64,000 nucleotides of DNA from Marsupella aquatica (Eukaryota > Plantae > Marchantiophyta). The notes beneath the pieces were generated by a model that saw only the letters and a program-made list of their open reading frames with translations, was not told where the DNA came from and made no database searches. Position numbers and translations under genes: made by a program. Positions 12,096 through 23,925 of the stretch are shown in pieces; the stretch's first letter is position 1; each line of letters starts with the position of its first letter. The stretch covers positions 7,495,808-7,559,807 of the forward strand of contig OZ316891.1 in assembly GCA_973895155.1 (NCBI GenBank), given 5' to 3'.

Positions 12096-13249
12096 TAACT
12101 CCATATAAAGACCAGAGCTGGACTCTAGGTAAAGACAAAGTGAGGGTGAACAAAAAATGGGGATGGGGCAAATATAAACTGGAGATAGCATAGAATTCTT
12201 TTTTCTTTGGTCTTCATCTCTATTTACTTTCAAGAAACAGGTAATCAGGCTAGTAGATATGAAGACAGAAAGAATGTTGCTCATTTCCAGTCCATCTTTC
12301 CTCATCCCAGCTTTTTGTCCACCCTAGCTTTCAGTTTTGTCCTTATTTAGAGTCATGGTCAGTTTTGTCCTTACTGAGAGCTATGGTCAAGAGCTTCACT
12401 CTACACCTGTAGCCCTGTAAAATAGATTCAAATCACAATTTAAGGGTAAGATGGGTTTTGGCCAGAAACAAATGGCCATAGCTTTGGAGGGTTGTGTAAA
12501 TGTTTAATTTGGCTTTTCTTTCACTAGCCTCTTCAGTGACTTGTGGTCATGGCATATGACCAGTCTTTATGGCAAAGAGTTATGGATAATAAATTTGGTA
12601 GTCCATAACTAAGTTAAGGTCCATCAAAATTACAGGTTTGAGACCCCCTAATGTCACCGCCATTGCATTGAATGTCTGCCAGTCGTCATTGTCCCATGTT
12701 GGCCACCTCACCCCTGAGACTCGTACATTTAGTAGAGTTTGAGTTATTGTGGTTGTTGAGGACCTACAAGCTCTTTTTGGGGGAGCCTCTGTTGGTCTTC
12801 TTGGGGGTCTCCCCCTTTTCCCCCCTTTTCTACAGTAGAGTTTTCCACACAAGTGATCAATCCTGGGTGAGTCTACCATTATTTTCACTGGATTTCAGGG
12901 TGAGTTAACATTCAAACCCAGCTTTGGCGACTCAGGTTTAGTACACAGACTCACACTGCAAGAATGCCTCCCCAAGATGCTTCACTTAACTCACCAAGAG
13001 TTCCAAATTAGACAATTTCCTCATCATGAGCTGCTTCGTGATGCTAGAGAGGTTTTTGACCCACTCATTACTTTTTTCAACAAACCCTAGAAAAGCCCAT
13101 TATTGGTATTTTAGGAGTGCACTAGAAACTGAGTTCAAGTTTTAAAGAGCATGTTAGTATTGATGTGAATCTCGTACGACAAGTTTGAGGGACACCTCGG
13201 ACAGAAACAAGTTTGAGGAACTCAAGAGTAGTGAAAGACATTCGGAGTG

Positions 13250-13740
13250 TATTTTTAGCTCTGAGCTCTCTTAATTATCTCTGTGCTTGAATGAGCATTC
13301 AATCTAAACGGGAAGGAGTGGTCTGGGTATAAGTCTGATTTGGCACTCTCTTATTATCTAGGTGATTGAAATGAGCAGTCAATCTAATCGGAGTGGTCTG
13401 GGTGTAAGCCAGATTTTGCACTCTCTGTTGTTGACTTAGCTCAGTTAACTCCCAGATGAGACTTCTCTGTCACTTGGCTCAGTTTAGTGCAGCAGTCAAG
13501 TTAGAACGGAAGTAGTGGTCTGGGTCTGAGCTTGACTTTAGCTCAGTCTAGTCGTCTATCTAGACCAGAAGCTGTTGCACTCTTAGAATCAGACTCCACT
13601 GTTGACTTAGCTCAGATAGAGGAAAGCTGTTAAACTCTTAGATTCAGACTCCATTGTTGACTTAATTAGCTCAGTACAACCGTCAATTCAGACTCAATTC
13701 AGACCGAAAGGAGTGGTCTGGGTTTGAGCCAGCTGCCTCT
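13250..13740. repeat. Degenerate tandem repeat (gagtggtctgggt / gttgacttagctcag motifs)
   Basis: Each motif recurs 3-4 times. Confidence 0.65.
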
Positions 13741-13904
13741 CTATGGTAGGATGTTCATAGAACGCTTGTAGACAGGACTTTAACCAACAGCTGCCAACAT
13801 GCATGTTTTAGACTGATGTTGCCCAATTTTCCCAAGTGTCTATAATGCAATTTAAGCTTGTACAGATTACATTGCACCTCTTCCTAGGGTATATTCCGAC
13901 TCAA

Positions 13905-14195
13905 TTGTGCACCTCATGACTCTTTCAAACACTTCAATTTCCTTGCTCAAGGAGAAATTAGCTTCCTTCGTAGGCCAATTCAGTATTGGAGGGTGTTGAA
14001 ATGGGTTGGTGGCACTAAAGAGGCTCAGGTGATGTACTGTAGCGACCTCGTGCACCTCATGATTCTTTCAAACACTCTTCAGTTCCCTTGGTGAAGGAAG
14101 AAATTAGCTTCCTTGGTAGGACGTTTAAGAATTGGAAGGTGCTGAAATGGAACGGCGGCGCTAAGATCCTCAGGTGATTTACTGTAGCGACCTCA
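13905..14195. repeat. Direct duplication of ~143 bp
   Basis: gtgcacctcatga...caggtgat.tactgtagcgacctc occurs twice. Confidence 0.8.
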
Positions 14196-14792
14196 TCCCT
14201 GTCGGTGATGCTAATGCCTCTTTTTATTGTAGTTGGAATGCCAGTGGATTCTCAATTATTCTTTAGCCTCTCTGCTGGACATATTTATTTTGCATGTCTG
14301 TGAAGTGAGACATCAGTTCTTTCTGTCCTCGTGAAGTTACCTCACACATTCTTTCGTGTTCCCACTTCTTGTCCTTTCGTCACCCCAGACAGCAGTGTTT
14401 CCAATTCCAATCGAGCTCCAAACAGAGACTTTCGACCTCAGACTTCCAATGGATTTTTCAAACGCAACTCGAGATAGTCCCTACAAAGTCAACCACAATG
14501 TTTTACCAAGTTTGCAAGGATCATACGTACCTGGTCAATGGAAATAAATAAACCTGGACAAACTCTCTACATATATACATCGCTGATTTGTATTGAAAAG
14601 TCGAAACTTCTAACAGTGTTGAACTGCTGCTATATAAAAACTATACAAAAAAATTCACAAAAGTTACATTCGTCCCTACTTGATGACGGAACTGCAAGAG
14701 GCTCGCTACAGTCCAAAACCTTAACTACATTCACCCTGTCCAATGCTATTCAGGCCCCTATGGAAAAAATCAATGTTAAGTTGTTATAATCC

Positions 14793-17700
14793 TCATTGGC
14801 CCTTTTTCCTGGTCTGGATTGATGAGGGCGTGGGGGATACTCCTGATTGCAAGATCTCCAGGAAAGGAAGCCTGTCACAAACAGTTCCCAAAGATCCCCT
14901 CTCAGAATCATATTATATAATTGAGCCAAATTAAGGTACAACAAGCTAGGACAAGTTCATCAGATTCAGTGCTAGTCCAAGGAGTGCAGTTTCAAATGGT
15001 ATCAGCCCAATGCCTGTATGAAAATATCCCATCTTTCTTTCTCACCAATAGAGCAATACCAAGGTCCAAGGTTCATGACGTGCTTACATGACAGTATTGG
15101 GCAAATAAAAGATTGGTAGACGTCTCGTTTCGCTGGTTAAATTGTGGCTTTCAATGCACTTCTGCACTGCTTCTTCTGGATTAGAGGCAGTGGCTACTAA
15201 TACAAACTGCACTCAAAGACATGCATATGAAAGATCAGGAAACACAAATACACAAAATAAAGACGAGACAAAACGATTTTAAATCTTCAATGTACATCAA
15301 CTGCACGTTTTCCCAGAAAGGGTTCCACAATCAACAGGGAGAGGTCAGAAAGGACAGAGCACGTTTATTAATTACCAATGGGAAGAGAACATTCATGACC
15401 CCAGCACTTATGAGTGGCGACAAGAAGAATGTTGCAAGTACGCAGGGGCTTCCTGCCACCCACTCAGAAACAGGAAGTTTAGTACGTAAAATCTGAAGCC
15501 TTTGGTAGTGTCACAGAAAGCGAAGCAGAATTAAAAGACGGGATACACTCAGAGAGTGCGGATTCAAGCATGAGACGAAACTGTTTCCTGGGTCTGAGCA
15601 GTTAGTGCAAAATAGCACCAACAGTCTGATTTGCATTGACGAGCGAGCCTCATTCTAGGAAACGAATCAAGTTAAGATTTCTTCACCACAAACAGGGCGT
15701 TTACTCAAATTGCCCCGCAATCTTGGCCATTCCAAGACACCCTAAACATTTTATGAGCAAACTCATGCTTACCGAATCCAGCGAAGAAAGCCCAATTTGT
15801 CTCAAAAAAATATAGTCGCTTCTCAAGGCTCCACCGTGAAAAGCCCCACTTGTAGCTGCTCAGAGCATCATCGAATAGCATTAATTTTGTAACACACGGA
15901 TTAAAATGACCGATTGAACCGCTACCTGGAGAATTATCTGTTTGCAGAATAGGTCTCTTATTTCAGGTCTGGGAAAACGGAAGACTTCCTAATCATCAAG
16001 TTTTGGCTTCTCTGTATTATGTACTTACTCGAAGCAATAATATGCATACAGCCACGACAGCAGTATAAAGCTCAGCAATGGTCCCACATACGGGACATAC
16101 GTCACAGCAAACACCTGGCACCAGCACACACCCATCCCTCAGCAACACTTTCAAACACAATCGCTTGACAAAAGGCATTTTGGATCCTTCAACACTTCCA
16201 GAGTGTAATTTTTAAGAGCATTTTTATAAAAGTTTAGGATGCGCACTATGTTCAAAGGCGGACAAGGTCATTGCATCAGTGGTATAAAATGCTTCCAGAC
16301 CGATGAATGAAAGATGTTAAATTCTTAATTGACTGGCATAGCTCTTATGACGACAAACCAGTTTCATCGACCCGAGTATCTTACCTCCACAAAGAAGACA
16401 CTGACCATGATGACTGAATAGATCTGTTCACCAATTTGTAGTACAGCGCTGCACATGTGTGATCCATCGAGTCAGCACTTTATATATGTGATGGGTTTTC
16501 GCTGCTATGGAACCCTAAGGATTTGTGCAACATCATGCTTCATAGACAATAACAGAGATTAAAACAGCTGATAAATTCTAGTAGCCCATTTTAGAAATTG
16601 GCTTCCAAGTCAAGATGATTGGACGTTCTGCTTCCATACACCGGGAAAAATCCACAAGATTATAATGGGCTGAATAGTTTCTACCTCTGTAAGCCGCTGT
16701 TACTTGTATTCCCAGGGTTATCTTTCGTGGAGCCGGTCCTTTTCCCTAGATTAGGGCTTCGGACGTCAACAGGGGCCTTCTGGCTAGCGGCTCCAGACTT
16801 GCCCATCGTTTGAAACGCATTTTTGGCAATGTCATTGTACCTGTCACATTTATTGTCCACATGAACAGATATAAACAAAACTTGTCAAACATAAGAGTAC
16901 CTTCTATTCTCAATAAGAAACCCCTAGACACCCTTGCAAGGAAAGCTTAATGAAAACGGGTAAAAAAGACTTAATGACGAAGCCACCCCGCATACCAAAT
17001 AATGTTGACAACAAAAGTGATCATATATAAAGGAAAGAGCCAAAACACCTGCACATTTCAATCGGGCAATACCCAGATCAGATGCTCCCCATGCTACGAC
17101 TGTTATTTCGAGCTTGAAGAAAAATCGGGCAATACCCAGACCAGATGCTCCCCATTCTACGACTGTACTTTCAACGAGCTTGAAGAAAACTTGTTCACTT
17201 CCTATATTTGATTTCTTAATGTGATACGTATAGTAAAAACCCCGGAGAAAATGTTGGAAAACAGAATCATTTGTGTTTAGGATGCCTGTGATTACACCGC
17301 TATCACGGTAGACCGGCCGTCTTAAACAGAGTTATTAAAGTTCGCCTTGTGTAGTGCAAAGAAAGACCGCTAGTCAAGGTTTACTGTTAAAATCAGGCAA
17401 TCCAGTTTTCAGACTAGAACTGCAACTGCTGCATGTAAGTACGGAGACGTGAGGAGATATGGAGCAACGTACATAGCACACTCCTATAATGACATTTTGT
17501 AGTAAACCACTCCTCCTCCAATCTCCACTGTCAGCAAGACCAGTTCCTCCTGGCAAGTGCAGTGGCTGGCCCAGAAAATAACGTAATGTCGGAACTACAA
17601 AGCGCCGCAATATTAAAATGCTGCACAATCGAAGTAATAGACTCCCAAACCTTTAGTGATTCCAATTGCACACAGACAGACGGTAATAGAAAAATCATAA

Positions 17701-18255
17701 TGGTCACTGAAATCTGAAAGAGACAAGAAATAAAAGAAAACGTGCCTGCCAAGGAATAAGCAACCATTGAGTAGAAAGCATTGGCCAGTTTTTTTCAGCA
17801 CGGGCCGGGATCTGCAATTCTTTTAACAGTGATATCTGTAAGGCAATTACCTTCAAACTAAAGTTCCAGCAGGTGTAAAACAACATACAAGTGCAAACAA
17901 TCGAAGCTAAAGCAATGTCACGAACCAGAACAAATATGCCTCTGCTAGGATCGACAGTGTGCGTCAATTATGGTTACGAACGGTTTGCAATTGAGAGGGG
18001 GACTGTCGGATCGTGACCACACACCTTCTACAGAAAGATATCGCCCTATGAATTTGGCAAGCTTCTTTGAATCCTACAAGCCAAAGCGCGCCCGCCTTCA
18101 TAACCTGCCCCATATAATCCAACCAAACCCATAAGATTTGGTGTCTCCTTGGATGGCAAAGAAGACGAAGAAGAAGAAATTCCAACACCACAGTTCTGCG
18201 CGCTGGATTGCGAATTCACCTCCGCGCGATAACTGATGCCTTGAGAAGGAGCCAT
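14793..18255 (-). CDS. EI24: EI24 (etoposide-induced protein 2.4) homolog, multi-pass ER membrane protein, ~12 exons
   Basis: Spliced exons read MAPSQGISYRAE|VMKAGALWLVGFKEACQIHRAISFCR|SRPVLKKTGQCFLLNGCLFLG|SILILRRF..|VFWLFPLYMITFVVNIIW|YNDIAK..|IGEQIYSV..|..LLSWLYAYYCF|DYKW..LEKRLYFFETNWAFFAGFG|SPCVLA..LFPL|FVLVATAS..RLPIF. These are EI24 family motifs. The choice of last exon (stop at 14793) is less certain. Confidence 0.9.
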
Positions 18256-18749
18256 GATCCAAGGTTTTCGAAAAGGCCGGGTTTGCAGGTTGGCAGGCTA
18301 GCGCTCGCATCTGATGGAGCCCAACAAAGTTTTTCTCCAGCCGATCTCCGCACAGAGCCCCTCCAGAGTTCAACAACAGACGCAGACGAAATTCTGGACT
18401 CCTGCCTGACGGGGGTGACACTCAAACCATCAATTTCCTCGAACGATTGCTTAATTGCGGGGCATGCTGGAAGACCGAGCAGACACGGTAGCAGCCATTA
18501 ATCATATCATTCGGCAACAGCGAACTTGGACGCCACGTCGATGGGCGATGAAGGATGCTCGAGTTGCTTCCATAGACTCTGTCTGACCCGAAACGAATCC
18601 TCCACCCGCCTTGTTCTTCTTGACGACGCCGTGTGAGAATTTTCGTCCCCGTGCGAATGTAACGCAACGAAGTATTAAAATGTATAGACAAAGGAAGGCA
18701 CATGAACGAAGGTCAGGATTTCAGGATTTTTATTTCATCGTCAAAACCT

Positions 18750-20975
18750 GAGACCGGAATTAGAAATGACCAGAATTAGAAATTGCAAGTAAAGATCTAG
18801 TAAATGTTTATTAGTAAATCCAGAACCCTGGCTGACACTTGATCTTTGGCACTTGATCTTTGTACCATGATCCACTATAGAGCACTTTTTAAGCACATAT
18901 TGCCACTAAAGATGCTACAATTTAAAATATTACCATCATATTTAAAATAAAATAAAAACTTTCTAAAATAATTTGTGAAACTCTACTGAAAAGTATCAGT
19001 CAATCACAACTTTTGAACCCAAGACCTATGAGTTGCTACTCAAGTGAGTTACCACACAACCATGCCTCTTTGGGCTAAATATATATTACCATTGTTGTTC
19101 TTGCATTTATAAATATGCCAAAGTTTATCTATTTGTCATATTGTTACTAAAGATGTTTCAATTTACAATATTAGTATTTCTATTGCATCGCCAAAACCCA
19201 AAATTATAAATCATGATTGCGATTGTGGAGGACTAGGAAATGTCCATCGGGAACTTCAGAGCACTGGCTAGCACTTGATCTTTGGCCCTTGATCCTTGGC
19301 CCTAACAATTTCCATGATAGAGCACTTTTTAACCACATATTGTTACTAAAGATGTTACAATTTAAAATATTATCATTGTTGTTTTTTTATTTATAAATAT
19401 ATCACAGTTTATCTATTTGGCATATTGTTACTAAAGATGTTTCAATTTAAAATATTATGATTTCTACTGCATTGCCAAAATCAAAGACCAGAATTAGAAA
19501 TTGCAATTGCGACTGTAGAGGACTAGAAAATGTCCATCAGGAACTTCAGAGCACTGGTTGGCACTTGATCTTTGGCCATTGATCCTTGGCCCTAACAATT
19601 TCCATGATAGAACACTTTTTAACCACATATTGCCACTAAAGATGTTACAATTTAAAATATTATCATTGTTGTTCTTGCATTTATAAATATGTCACATTTT
19701 ATCTATTTGGCATATTGTCACTAAAGATGTTTCAATTTACAATAATATGATTTCTATTGCATCACCAAAACTAGAGACCAGAATTAGAAATCACAACTGC
19801 GATTGCGATTGTGGAGGACTAGGAAATATCCATCAGGAACTTCAGAGCACTGACTTGCACTTGATCCTTGGTTCTCTCAATTTCCATGATAGAACACTCT
19901 TTAACCACATATTGCCACTAAAGATGTTGCAATTTAAAATATTATCATTTTTGTTCTTGCATTATAAATATGTCACAGTAAGTTTATCTATTGCCATATT
20001 GTCACTAAAAATGTTTCAATTTATAATAACAGGATTTCTATTGCATCGCCAAAACCAGAGACCAGAATTAAAAATCGCAATTGCGATTGCGATTGTGGAG
20101 GACTAGGAAATGTCCATCAGAAACTTTAGAGCACTGGCTGGCACTTGATCTTTGGCTCTTAATCCTTGGCCCTCCCAATTTCCATGATAGAGCGCTTTTT
20201 AACCATATATTGCCACTAAAGATGTTACAATTTAAAATATTATCATTATTGTTCTTGCAATCATTTATAAATATGTCTGACTTACGCAAGACTTAGGACA
20301 ACCTTGGACGACTCGAATGAGTTGTCTTCGGAGGCCTTTTCACGAGGGACCCGCATGAACGTACGTCCAACAATCAAGCATGCTCGGATCTGCTGGGAAT
20401 AGCCACAACTGAAGCTGTATAGCTCTTTCAAGACACCCACAAAGATGGTAGTGGGGGAATGGAGCTCTATAGTCATATTATGCCCGCTGGTAAGACTTAT
20501 GGTCTTTCTCATTGTTGGTACTCACAGTTTATCTATTTGGCATATTGTCACTAAAGATGTTTCAATTTACAATAACAGGATTTCTATTGCATTGCCAAAA
20601 CCAGAGACCAGAATTAGAAATTGCAATAGTGATTGCGATTGTGGAGGACTAGGAAATGTCCATCAGGAACTTCAGAGCACTGTCTGGCACTTGATCTTTG
20701 GCCCTTAATCCTTGGCCCTCCCAATTTTCATGATAGAGCGCTTTTTAACCACATATTGTCATGCACTAAAGATGTTACAATTTAAAGTATTATCATTGTT
20801 GTTCTTGCATTTATAAATATGTCACAGTTTATCTATTTGGCATATTTTCACTAAACGATGTTTCAATTTACAAGATTGTCACCTTTTTATTTTAATTACA
20901 AATATGTCATAGTTTACTTATTTGGCACATTGCCACTAAGATGTTTTTGTCACTATTTTTATCGTATTTATAAAT
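18750..20975. repeat. Tandem satellite, ~290-300-bp unit with ~85-bp internal subrepeat (catattgtcactaaagatgtttcaattta)
   Basis: The ggactag.aaatgtccatc motif occurs near 19230, 19520, 19816, 20100 and 20646. The last interval contains a 246-bp insertion. Confidence 0.92.
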
Positions 20976-21043
20976 ATGACTTAGGGTATGTGTTTGGTTA
21001 CCTTTGTTACATTGGTGAACTTGTAGTCCATATACAAAACCGT

Positions 21044-21336
21044 TGTTAGGTATTGCTCTTAGTCTTGTGACTCTATAGCTAACCATAGTTAGTCTAACTC
21101 AGATTAAGACTTAGCTAAGGTTAGCGGTAGTGTTGTTGTGTATATAGCCAGGGCTGATGCCAGTCCCTGGTGGATTTTCAGTTCATTGTTTGAGTTGGGC
21201 AAGATAGAAGTAAAGGTCTCTTGCTTTCCTGTGGACGTAGCCTCGGTCATGAGGTGAACCACGTACTCGCCGTGTCGGCTACTTTGTATGGTGTTCATAG
21301 GTGCATGGTGTCTCGGGATAGGGATTATCCCCAACA
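21044..21336 (+). mobile_element. Solo LTR, Ty1/Copia type, 293 bp
   Basis: Termini TGTTAGG...CCCCAACA. The 5-bp flanks ACCGT and ACCAT match at 4/5 positions (TSD). It has an internal TATATA and the gtggacgtagcc...ggtgaaccacgta motif typical of Copia LTRs. Confidence 0.75.
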
Positions 21337-21439
21337 ACCATGACATATTTGTATATACCAAAAAAATTGTGACAGTATTATCAATTGGAACATCTTTAGT
21401 GGCAAAGTAAATAAAAGTTGTTCCATGATTAAAGGGCAT

Positions 21440-22440
21440 CGAAAGCTACCATAAAAGGGGTCTAGAGTGAAACCTCTAGACGGGTTCTCTGGTGGCATAT
21501 ATTAGTTAGGGGTGAAACCTGAACATGGGCATGACGGTACTCACCATTTATTTATGAGCAAAGCTGGTTGGGCATTCAAGCTAGTATACAACAAACATGG
21601 GGGAAAAGGTTAATGCATGGGCTGATAGAACCCAAGACCACAATTAGAAATTGCAACGGAATTGCAATTGTGGATGACTAAGAAGAAGAGTCCATGCATG
21701 CATTCGGACCTTTAGTAAAGTTCATTTGGACTCAAAAACTCATAGCACTGTCCCTTGTTTCTTGGCCCTCTCAATTTCCATGATAAAAAGTCTTGGGGGT
21801 TCACTTTCACAAAAGTGACACATCACGTGCGACAAAGTAGAGGCCCATTTAAATGGGTGTGATAAAAGACTTCCAAAGTTTGGTGAACATATAGGGCATG
21901 TTTTATTGATTGGGCAATCTTAAAGAACACATAGGCCTATTTATTTGTAAAAAACATTTTCTTTAAAGTTTTTTGGGGTTTTTCACTAAAAAGTGACAAA
22001 ATTTAAAGAAAGAAAGAGTTCTGCAAAAAAATATTTTTCACTTATAAGTTAGGGGGTTCAAACCCTAAATGTCACACGCAATGTATGGCCCTCAGTATAG
22101 TGACCCCCCCCCCAAGTAAAAAGTGATTGAAAGCTACCATAAGGGATCTTGAGTGAAGCCTCTAGACCTTGACTCTGGGGGCATATATTGGTTGGGGGTG
22201 TAATGGGAAACAGGAGTGGAACTGGACACGTTGGTACTCACGATCCATTTATGAGAAAAACTCAATGGGTGTTCAGGCTAGTGTAGGAGAGACACATGAA
22301 AGAAGGTTACTACATGGGTTAGCGGAACCCAAATATAAATTATTGTGATGACACAATTGTAACTATGGAGGTGTAGGATGGAGGAGAAGAGTCCGTTAGA
22401 AACTCCTGTAAAGTTCATATGTACTAAAAAATTCAGAGTT
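21440..22440. repeat. Two diverged copies (~21440-21790 and ~22128-22440) of a ~330-bp unit
   Basis: Collinear shared blocks: gaaagctaccataa, gagtgaa.cctctagac, ggcatatatt, ggtactcac, catggg..gaaccc. Confidence 0.75.
21792..22116 (+). mobile_element. hAT-type MITE, 325 bp
   Basis: TIRs CTTGGGGGTTCACT / AGTGACC..CCAAG with an exact 8-bp TSD TAAAAAGT (21784-21791 and 22117-22124). A second family member lies at 63648. Confidence 0.85.
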
Positions 22441-23857
22441 CGAACATCCTACAGTTGTCCCTGGCCAGCGAATAGAACCTCCCTAACCCGCGTGGCCTTG
22501 CCATAAGCCGGAATCAGAGCCAACACTAACTGTTCGTCCAGAACAACCCTTCTTTAGGTGCAGCCCATGCTCTCCCACGTTTCTATTTGTCATTGACTGA
22601 CGGCCCTGCCCCAAGTACATGCTATTGGCTCAAATAGTGTAGCTTGTCCCAAGCTTGTCCTAGAATGTTGGGACCATAATGGCCCCGACTCTAGCAACCA
22701 ACTTGTGGTTCTCACTCAACTGATAGCCTAGGGGCCAAATCGGGGGGCCAAGTGCACTTGGAACTCAACCTCCACGCCTACTTGGCTTTGTCTCCCCAAT
22801 GCAAGCTCCTGTGGGAAGCTAAACGTGGCTTGGCTGCTGTTTTGGTAGAATTTGGCAATAGAGCGAGATAGCCTTTGCAAACCCTGAGAATCCATGGAAA
22901 CCCTAGACCTAGATGAGCTCAGGAGGATGTAGTACTGCTCAAGAGCTTTCCAATGCAACGAACAAGTCCCTCAACAGACTTCCCATTGAGAAGTTATCGT
23001 CACTTCCATTTGACGTCTCCTTTTGGTGTTGTGACTATTGCGGCTCTTGGTTGATATGCTCTCTTCTTTTAGAGATTGTCAAACTAAGTATGCTCCTCAG
23101 AGCAACCTGGATGCCAAACACCCCAAATATCCAGGCCCACAGCAATTTTGTGCTCGCGCCCGTCCACCAAATCCCTAACCAATTATTGGGGCGCCTCCAA
23201 ACAACATTTCCCGACCGCCAAATGTTTTTTGCCTTCTCTACCAAAACAAATCAATGTTCGTAGTGCAGCCACATGTCGTGCATCTGTTCACTACTTCCTC
23301 CCACCATGCATTGTTGTAGGGGACCATCGACATTTGGGTGGGGATGCAGGCTCTCAACTGGTGCAATGGGGAGGCAAGCTTCGGGCCAGCAAATGCTACA
23401 GGCCAACTATTTGGCCTGAAGAATTCCCCTTTACAGGCATTGGACCAGAAAATGGGTGCGGTTGCTCTCAGATGCAAAATTAGAAATTCAGATGTTAGCC
23501 TTTCCCGAGGACAAAACTAGAAATTCAGAGACCTTTGATTTGTTGTGTGTTGCTGAGTATGGGTGATGAGTATTTCTTGGCTCAGTTGCTTATTTATGTC
23601 GAGAACCTTTTTGCACATGAGAAAAGTTTATATTTGTACACCCCGTGGATGATCACCTAAGACAATGAGTCACCTTAGCCAGTTTACATATATGGTGAGG
23701 TACTTTCAACTAGCTACCGAGTTTACATGGATTAAGGATAAAAGCCAATCTCGAGGATAATTAATGCTAATCCGCATTAATTACCCCGTCAGTGCTGCCT
23801 GCTGCCCACGTCTGGATTTAGGATAAATACATGGTGCGAAGGAATGTTGTCACAAAT

Positions 23858-23925
23858 TGTGGAGAGGCTCAATGGTAGCACAGCTCAGTTAGGGATCGGG
23901 AGGTCCTGGGTTCAAAACCAGTTAT
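23858..23925 (+). mobile_element. Degenerate tRNA-derived sequence (SINE head or tRNA pseudogene, Pro-AGG-like)
   Basis: A-box-like AGGCTCAATGGTAG, loop TTAGGGA, GGAGGTCCTGG and B-box GGTTCAAAAC at tRNA spacing. The acceptor and anticodon stems do not pair properly. Confidence 0.45.

Noticed and set aside
15568-16806. Apparent small spliced ORF starting MGKSGAASQK
   Set aside because: It is an internal part of EI24 (follows YNDIAKNAFQT), and the alternative exon chain has no homology support.
17484-17565. Alternative frame EELVLLTVEIGGGVVYYKMSL resembling a tRNA-splicing endonuclease C-terminus
   Set aside because: It lies in an EI24 exon whose other frame splices continuously with conserved EI24 motifs.
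19747-21049. Several similar ORFs of 63-119 aa
   Set aside because: Translations of satellite units, with stops and frameshifts that differ between copies.
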